NCBI GenBank assembly: GCA_973851085.1
Contig: OZ316775.1
Coordinates: 10,788,001 to 10,852,000, forward strand
Source: Ptychomitrium polyphyllum
Lineage: Eukaryota
Direction of reading: 5' to 3'
Length of the DNA: 64,000 nucleotides
In this document: positions 55,969-64,000 of the stretch, piece by piece
Numbering within the stretch: the first letter of the stretch is position 1
Layout: each line of letters starts with the position of its first letter
Notes under the pieces: generated by a model
Told to the model about the DNA's origin: nothing
The model's input: only the letters and a program-made list of their open reading frames with translations
The model's database searches: none
Made by a program: the position numbers and the translations under genes

Positions 55969-56788
55969 ATTATCCTCCTCTGGACTAATACTGATTCTTA
56001 AATTTTCTTTGATTTCTTGCATATTTAGTAATTTTTATTTGTTCGCATTTCATTTCTATGCCAAGAGGTGAAGAAATCAATATGACTAATTCAAAAGAAG
56101 CCAAGTTAGGTTGCATTGTCAATGCTGTTGTAGCATTGAGGATCAAGACTAAGACTTTATCTAAGTAAAACAAAGAATTGTACTTAACCATACATAATGA
56201 TCATGGAGCAGTAGCATTGCAGTTGCTATTCCAAGTCAACTTAGGTGCTTCATTGTCTAGACTTGATTTAGTAGATGACGGACAAGTTCAAGCCAGGAAT
56301 TCAATATCAACAGCCAAAGAATCAAAAATCAGCCTTCCAAAAAAGTTTGATGGTATGCGCTCAAAATTTTGAGGCTGTATAAACCAAGTTCAATTTGTTA
56401 CCTTGCTTCAACCTCAATGGTATCCTACGGACGCCTTGCGCATTGCTTTGGTAGGAACATTGCTATCAAGGCAAGCATTATCTTGGTTTGCACCACTTTT
56501 TGAGAAGAATTCTTCCATACTTAACAATTTTGATGCTTTCATAGCTGCATTTGCAGAAGCATTTTATAACCATGACAAATTATATTTTGCAGCTACTAAA
56601 ATTTTTTAGTAACTTTGGCCCCGTCTACTTCTAATAAATATTTGGAAGCCAAAGCCATACAAATTGATGCCGTTTGCTTTAAGTCCCTTACCAAATATGA
56701 GAAGAAGTAGCAAAGTGAGCAAGGATTGTGTTTGTATTGTAGAAAAACCTGGCCACAAGGTTGATAACTTTTCAGAGAAACCTCTACG

Positions 56789-59700
56789 TGTAAGGGACAC
56801 AAGAAATAAGAAGCAAAAATGAAGTGTTTCCTAAGAATTAGCTTCCAAAGAACTTCTGATTAACAAGAACTTGATACAAAGATTAGAACAAGGCAAGATA
56901 CAAGATGATTGACAACTTGTATTGGTCAGACTAAGGAATACCTTGTCTTGCCTCCTATTTATACTATGACGTTTGTATCTCCTAGGATACTTCTAAAGAA
57001 GCTTCCTACAAAGCTTAAGAATATTTTAGAAGTCTAGGGAACCTTTCCAAGAAGTTTCTTAAGATGTTAAAACCTTTCTAAGAAGCTTCCAAGGAGTTGG
57101 AACCTTCTATGGAAGTTTCCTAAGATGATGGAACCTTCCTAGGAAACTTCCTAAAAACATGGAAAGACTATGGAGATATTTGAAAGTATTCAAAGAAGCT
57201 ACTATAATATACCAGAAGGTTCTAGAATGTTCTAAGGACTATGTTACATGATCTGAGTTCATCACATCACCTTCCTATTTAACGACAAGTCCCATGAGGA
57301 GCTCTTCTTGTGGCTTGCTCGTCACATTTCCACAAATTCTAAAATTTGTTGAAAGAGTGAAGCAACATATTTTGCTCGTTGTTCGTTGTTTACTAATTCA
57401 ACTGGTCCTTGCAAGAAACGTTGATGACCACCAGCCAAGACTTCTGTTGTTGAAATGTCCCATTTTAAGATCTAATCTTGATTAAGTCCTTTAAAACATC
57501 CTCCAAACAAGATCTTGGGTCCTCCAAGAGTGACTCTTACAATTTCTAACAAGTTGGCTAAAGCGCGAGCATCTGAATCAAGACCGGAATGTAAGGGCGA
57601 CTAGCCAATACTTTTGTACAAGGTCGTATTTGACGTTGGAATCTCCTTCTCATATCTTGGCTTAGATCCTCTATTACTGAAGGCTGAGAAAGTTGAGTTG
57701 GCTCAACAGATGCTGTTGTTAATGAAGGCATGGCCAACTGCTCTTCACGCATATTTATAATGATACGAAGATTTTACATATTAGCTAGGATCCAGAAATG
57801 ATCTATCTTGGAAATAATACTGCATACAATTGGAGGTTTGAATATTTCTTCTTCCTTCTTATACTTGTCTATGAAGGAAAAACTTCTTTGTAAAGCTAAC
57901 GGCTATTGATGACATGTCATCACGAACCTAGTTTTGAAGATATCTTTGATGAAATTTGCATACCTTTTGAGATGCATTTATTACGTTCATCAAAGGCTCT
58001 CATGTTTGGTCATTGATGCCATATCCTTGCTAATGAATGAGGTACACTACACGTCCGTTCTTGATGCGTGAATCTAAGATTCCTTCCACTTCTCACTCCA
58101 TTTTATTATTGATTTCCAACAAAAGAAGCGGACTAACAATTTTGTCTAGTATATATGATTTGTTATAGGTTTCTAACAATGATACGTGGAACACTGGATG
58201 AATTTGCATGTTTGGTGATAGCTTTAGGCGATAACTAATCGGATTTATCTGTTTGCTAATTTCAAACGGTCCCAACCTTTAATAATCCAACTTCTTTGAT
58301 GGTCTTTTTGTTTGTATATTCTGTCGTAGGAGCCATACGCTATTTCCAACCTTGAATTTTGGATGGTCCTTCCGATAGCGATCTGCATAAGATTTGTAAT
58401 GACCTTGAGCGTGTTGTAACTGGAAAGCAGTTTCTTGATGGATTTTAGTAAATTGAGTTCCAAAATCCTCTGTTGTAGGACTTTCAACATGCTTCACTTG
58501 AAATGGATCTGTTCAAGGATGTTGGCCATAGTTTGTAAAGAATGGATTTTGAATTATTGAAGAATGCATTGTATTGTTGAAAGCAAACTCTGCAAAAGAC
58601 AAGATGTCCATGCAGTTGTCTTGCTGGTAGTTTATGCTACAATAAAGGTATTGCTTGAAAATTTAATTCACATGTTTGGTTTGACCATTAGTTTGCGGAT
58701 AGTGTGTTGAAGAAAGATTGATCTTTATACGCAACAGCTAGAATAGAGTTCTCAAAAAGTTGGAAACAAATTACGGCCTTCAATCGGATATAATATCATC
58801 TGGTAGTTCATATATGCGGTAGACGTGATTTAGGAACAACTTGGCAGTTTCTTCTCCCGTTACTGTCTTGTTATATGGAATAAATGTGCCATTTTAGTAA
58901 ATCAATCCACAACTACCAAAATAGAATCATTAAAATTGGAGTTTGGAAAGTCCGTGATAAAATCCATTGACAATGACAACCATGGACCCTTTGGTACTAA
59001 AAGCGGATGGAGGAGACCATGAAGTTGGTGTCTTGGTATCTTGGCCCTTGCACAAGTGTTGCATGATTGAACAAAGTCCTTCACATATTTCCACATTTGT
59101 AGCCACCAACAGTTTCTAGCAATCAACTCCATTGTTTTATTGAATCTAAAATACCATGCTGCTGGAAAATTATGATTTCAACCGCAAAGGGGCTGGAGGT
59201 AGGTACAAAAGTTCTTTATAATAAAGTAGGTCATCTTAAAAATCAAAATGTTCATTGTTATTTGAAAGATCTCCGTTGCTTTTAAGGCGCTTCCTTATAT
59301 TTGAAATAAAAACATCATTCTTCAAAGCCTTCCGAATTTTGTCAAGATGAGATGTTGTAGTAATAATTGTTGCTTTCAATTGGAGATTTTATGGCTTCAA
59401 TAAAATAGTCCTTTGTTGATTCAAAACATCATCTCCAGGTTGAGGAGTTAAATAAGATCTTCAAGATAAGGCATCTGGCTTACCTTGTAGGCTACCAGGC
59501 CAATAGGTAATGGCAAAGTCAAATTTGGAAAGCGACATACTCCACCTTGCTTATCAGCAATTCAAAACGCGCGTATTCATGAAATATTCTAAGTTCTTGT
59601 GGTCTATGTATATAATGATGGTATATTGAGCTCTTTTCAACAAGTGTCGCCATTCCTTAAACAAAAGGCAATAGAATAGAGTCTCTTGTCTTCATCATAT

Positions 59701-62700
59701 TGTGAGAGTATTGAAGCAAGCGCAAAATCTGAGGCATCTGCTTCCAAATAGAAAGGCTTTGATGGATTTTGATGAATAAAGATTGGAGTCAATTCATGAA
59801 AAATGCACTTTTCCAACTTGTCATATGATCCTCATTGGTAGAATTTTTCTAGGACCAGTTACACATGATATTTGTGGTCTTATTCATCTTTTGAATACAT
59901 CATAATGTCTTCCAAGTAGATGACTACAAAATTGTCCAAGTATTCATAAAAGATATCATTTATCATGTGTTGAAAGACTGCAGGGGCATTAATAAGGCCA
60001 AAAGGCATGACATTGCATTCAAAATAACCATATCTTGATTGAAAAGTTGTCTTCCATTTGTCTCCTTCTTTGATACATATAAGATTGTAGTCTCTTCTAA
60101 GATCAACTTTAGTGAATATCTTTGCTTGGCCAAGTTGTTGTAGGAGTTCTAAGATTAATAGTTTTGGATAGCGATTCTTTTTTGTTACTTTATTGAGGCC
60201 TTAATAGTCCATGCATATTCGTAATGATCCATCTTTCTTCTTTGCAAATAAAATGGGTGCTCCAGCAGGTGATTCAGAGTGTTGAATGAAACCCTTTCCA
60301 AGGTTTTCATCAATATATTCTCTCAAGGCAGTCAACTCGGTTTGTGACAAGTTATAAATAAGTCCAAAAGGTAGTTGGACTCTTTTTTGCAACTCAATGG
60401 CACAATGGTAAGGTCGGTGTTTTGATAATATATTTGCATTCTTTTTCTCAAAAACATCTTTATAATCCTAATATTGATGAGGTATATTTCAATTAGTCTC
60501 TATTATAGAGCTGGACATTAATGTGGCATAAATGGCATAAATCGGTTCATCCTTTGCTGCTCTCATGAATGCCTTAGCTCTAATAAATGATGGTCTAAGA
60601 TTTCTTGTACCTTGATGTCTTTACCTTGAGACCACCCTCCATAAACGCCAATTCATGTCTGGATTATCTAATTTAAACCAAGGAAGGCTCAAACATTAGG
60701 ATTTGTTCAGTATTGAATGATGTTGAAGACAATCTTAGATACTTGGTCTCCTAAAACAACCTCCAAGGGTTGACTTTCTTCAATAATGTTGCCAGTTGCA
60801 AGAGATTGTCCATCAATAACTTCAATAAGTGCGAGGTATTTTTTGTTATTAAGCATAATGTGATGTTTTGTTGCAAAATCTTTATCCATGAAGCATGCTG
60901 CTGCATCAGTATCTAAAAAAGCTTCACTTATTATATCATCATCTAATAATCTAAAATTGATAAGAAACATAAAGCAAAAAGTAAGGCTTAAAGGTAGTAA
61001 GAGACCTTGATTTGATAATCGTTTTTTTGTGGTGTCCAATTGCATGGTCTCTACTGTGATTAAATAGCCTTGTTTTCCAACTCCACTATTGTGCTGTGAG
61101 CCTTAAAGGCAGATCATTTGAATTGGCAATCATGCATTTTATGTCTAGACTTATAATAATACAAACATAAATTTTTCCTTTTTAACGCCTCTCTTATTCT
61201 TCTAGAGTCAAACGTCTAAATTATGCAGCATCAATTTGCATAGGTTTTGGTCCTTGTGGTCGGCTGTTTGATACTCTTGAAGAAGTGGTATCCATACCTT
61301 AATATATTGGTTGCCATCTCAAGCATTGTTCTTGGAGCCTCTCAAATAATCTATTGTCACATGTTATTGCTTGAGTCATGAACTTGTCCAATGTTTCAAC
61401 CCTTGGCATTGTAAGTAACAAGTCCTTTACATTTTCCCTTAAGCTCTATTGGAATAGTGTGACTTAGGCCTTATCATTCCAATCAAGGTCGCAAGCTAGT
61501 TGTTGAAACTCTGCGACATATATAACAGCTGAGCGCTGTCTTTATTGTAGATTGTAGATCCTTATTTTAGCCACCCTCTCTTGGTCGGTTTCTCCAAAAA
61601 TAAATGTCAATGCTTTTATGAAAGCACCTAAGTTGTTTAATAATGGTGATTGTTTCTTCATTAATGGTGCAAACCACAATAGTGTATTGTTTGATAAGAG
61701 AGTGGCTACAAATTCCACTTAAATTGTACCATCATGATAGCAAGATTGATACAAACGAAGGAAGAACCTTACTTGTTTAATGAAGCCTCTCAACTTTGAT
61801 CGTCATCCATCAAACTTGTCTGGCATGCTAATCTTTGGTTTTGCATGGTTTTGACATAAGTCTTTTCTTCTAATATTGGCCTTTTGCAATCAAACAACCT
61901 CTTGATATAGACTTTGAATTTAACCATTGGATCCTTTGACTTGCCGAGTGTGCTGCTCTAAATTGTTGGTGGTGTTGAAGCGAGAGAGTTTTGTTTGAAC
62001 TGTGTTTAGTAATTCTTGAAGGTCTGTAATAGTTGCAAACTTATTCTTTGATATTCTAGGCACGTAATTCATTTCTTAAGACTGTCAAAGACAAGAAGAC
62101 TATGATTACCTTCAAAAGAAGGTAGTCCACGTCCTTTGAAAGATTGATCCTTCTTAAAAAGAAATGGTACTTGGTTTTTAAAAGATCGACCAATTTTAAA
62201 TTAATTAGTTTAAAAGAGGGTAATCCAGAACCTCTAAGATGCTATGGGATCCTTAAAAAGATGGGTAATTCACAATCTTCTTCTAAAAATCTTAGCTTTA
62301 ACAAAGATGAAAAGTAATTTTGCTAAACTGTTAGGAACATAAGAAATAAGAAACAGAAACGAAGTGTTTTCCAAGAATTAGCTTCCAAAAAACTAATGAT
62401 TAACAAGAATTTGATACAAAGACTAAAACAAAGCAGGATACAAGATGATCAACAACTTGTGTTGGCAAGACTAAGGAATACCTTGTCTTGCCTCCTATTT
62501 ATACTATGACGTTTGTATCTCTTAAGATACTTCTAAAGAAGCTTCCTACAAGGCTAAGAATATTTAAGAAGTCTAGGGAACCTTCCATGGAAGTTTCCTA
62601 AGATGATGGAACCTTCTTAAGAAACTTCCTAAAAACATGGAAAGACTATGGAAATATTTGAAAGTATTTTAAGAAGCTACTATAATATACCAGAAGGTTC

Positions 62701-62744
62701 TAGAATGTTCTAAGGATTATGTTGCCTGATCTATATCCGTGACA
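56789..62744 (-). mobile_element. Two-LTR Ty3/Gypsy chromovirus-type retrotransposon (defective), nested in the host element; TSD CTACG
   Basis: LTRs at 62329-62744 (5') and 56789-57266 (3'), both TG...CA. CTACG at 56784-56788 and 62745-62749. PPT-like AGGAAGGTGA abuts the 3' LTR. Minus-strand remnants in Gypsy order: gag (PKISMPDKFDG ~61830), protease (FLDTDAAACF ~60910), RT (SPAGAPILFAKKKDGSLRICMDY; VIYLED ~59920), RNase H (EADASDFA ~59740), integrase (CNTCARAK, SMDFITD, GPF motif ~58270) and chromodomain (~57930-58100). Confidence 0.93.
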
Positions 62745-64000
62745 CTACGTACATATTGGATGAGAAGTACAACCACAATGCCAAATATTTTGCAAGAAAA
62801 CAAGGACGTCTAGCCATAGTAAAAACTATGCGGTTGGATTTGCTTCATTTACAAGAAAAAAAAGGTCATGTTCTATCAACTCACTCTTCTTCATGTTTTA
62901 TTATACCTATTTGTTTAGGTGTTCTAAAGCTCAAAAGCTCTGCTTCCTTTATTTTAATAGATTTAGAAACCTCTGCTTCCTTTATAGCCAATGAATTTTT
63001 GAAAACCTACAAGTTTTTTTAATTAGAAAATCCAAACATGTCCATATAAAGGTCATAGATGGTTGATTGCTATCTTTCAGAGATGTTATTTATAAGACTA
63101 ATCCATTGATTTTAACAATGGACAATTATAATAACCAAGTGATATTTAATATCATTAAGTGTCCATTAAATTCCATCATTCTAAGGCTTTCTTGGCTGAA
63201 AAAGTGCAACCTGCAAATAGATTGGGCATCCCGCAAAATATAATTTCCGTCATTAGAACTAGTAATTATTAAGCCTATAGAAGAAATTGAAGCATCTTAT
63301 ATATTTAAGACCATAAAGCCTCTTTTTATTGGAGTTAGAGCATTTATGAGAGCAGCAAAGATTGGTATTTTTTTGCTGTGTATGCAGCTTCAACGTTCAA
63401 AGTTGTAGCTTCATCTTCAACCATTCTAGATAAGTATAAGGAGTTCAACAATGTATTCAAAAAATAGAATGCAGATAGCCTACTAGAACATAGTTCCTAC
63501 AACTACGACATAAACCTCCAAGATGGCACGTAGCCACCATTTGGACCTATCTATAATTTATTCCAAAATTAGCTTTTAGCATGAAGGATATATATTGATG
63601 AAAACTTAGCCAAAAACTTCATTTGACATTCAGAGTCTTTTATTAGTACTCCAATATTTTTGGTAAAGAAGAAAGATGGATTTTTACAAATGTGTGTTAA
63701 AAACCACAGCCTCAACAAAATGACAATGAAGAACCGATATCCATGGCCGCTTGTATTTGGACTTCTTAATCAACTTGGTCAAGCAAAGATCTATACCAAA
63801 ATAGACCTGCAAAGAGCCTACAATTTGGTGCACATAAAAAAAGGAGACGAATGGAAGACAATTTTTTTAACAAGGTATGGATATTTTGAATACAATGTCA
63901 TGACTTCTAGATTTATCAACGCACTGGCCATTTTTCAGCACTTGATGAATGACAAATTTCAAGAGTGCCTTCATGATTTTGTCGTACGTTCTTTGGATGA

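Larger units (their letters stand above)
54831..64000 (+). mobile_element. Decayed Ty3/Gypsy host element (5' LTR ~54831-55249; gag ~56100-56788; protease and RT 62750->64000), interrupted by two insertions and running off the window
   Basis: LTR runs TGTCATGGAC...CCGTAACA. Gag motifs KISLPKKFDG, LLSRQALSWFAPL and knuckle CLYCRKPGH lie just before 56789. After 62750 come a decayed protease (LIDLETSASFI) and RT motifs LVKKKDG, KNRYPWP, KIYTKIDLQRAYNLVHIKKGDEWKT, YGYFEYNVM. Many stops and frameshifts. Confidence 0.85.

Overview
Eukaryotic land-plant genomic DNA. It is most likely a moss such as Physcomitrium patens; this is an inference from the gene sequences, intron style, GC3-rich ribosomal-protein genes and the LTR family. 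The gene-rich left part (1-47.7 kb) holds seven spliced genes: a giant coiled-coil gene (5'-truncated, +), XPD/UVH6 helicase (-), two essentially identical ubiquitin-RPS27a genes in inverted orientation, a ~1800-aa coiled-coil gene between them whose N-terminus resembles the AMSH/USP8 MIT-like domain, a ZIFL-type MFS transporter (+) and SWC6/SEF (-). It also holds a shortened inverted paralog of the first gene (-). The two paralog pairs are concentric and convergent, which suggests a relic inverted duplication. The AT-rich right part (48-64 kb) is a retrotransposon graveyard: solo LTRs with TSDs, a decayed Copia element, and a Gypsy element interrupted by a solo LTR and by a two-LTR chromodomain-bearing Gypsy element with a perfect CTACG TSD. 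Splice sites were read by eye and family calls come from recalled sequence similarity; no searches were run.
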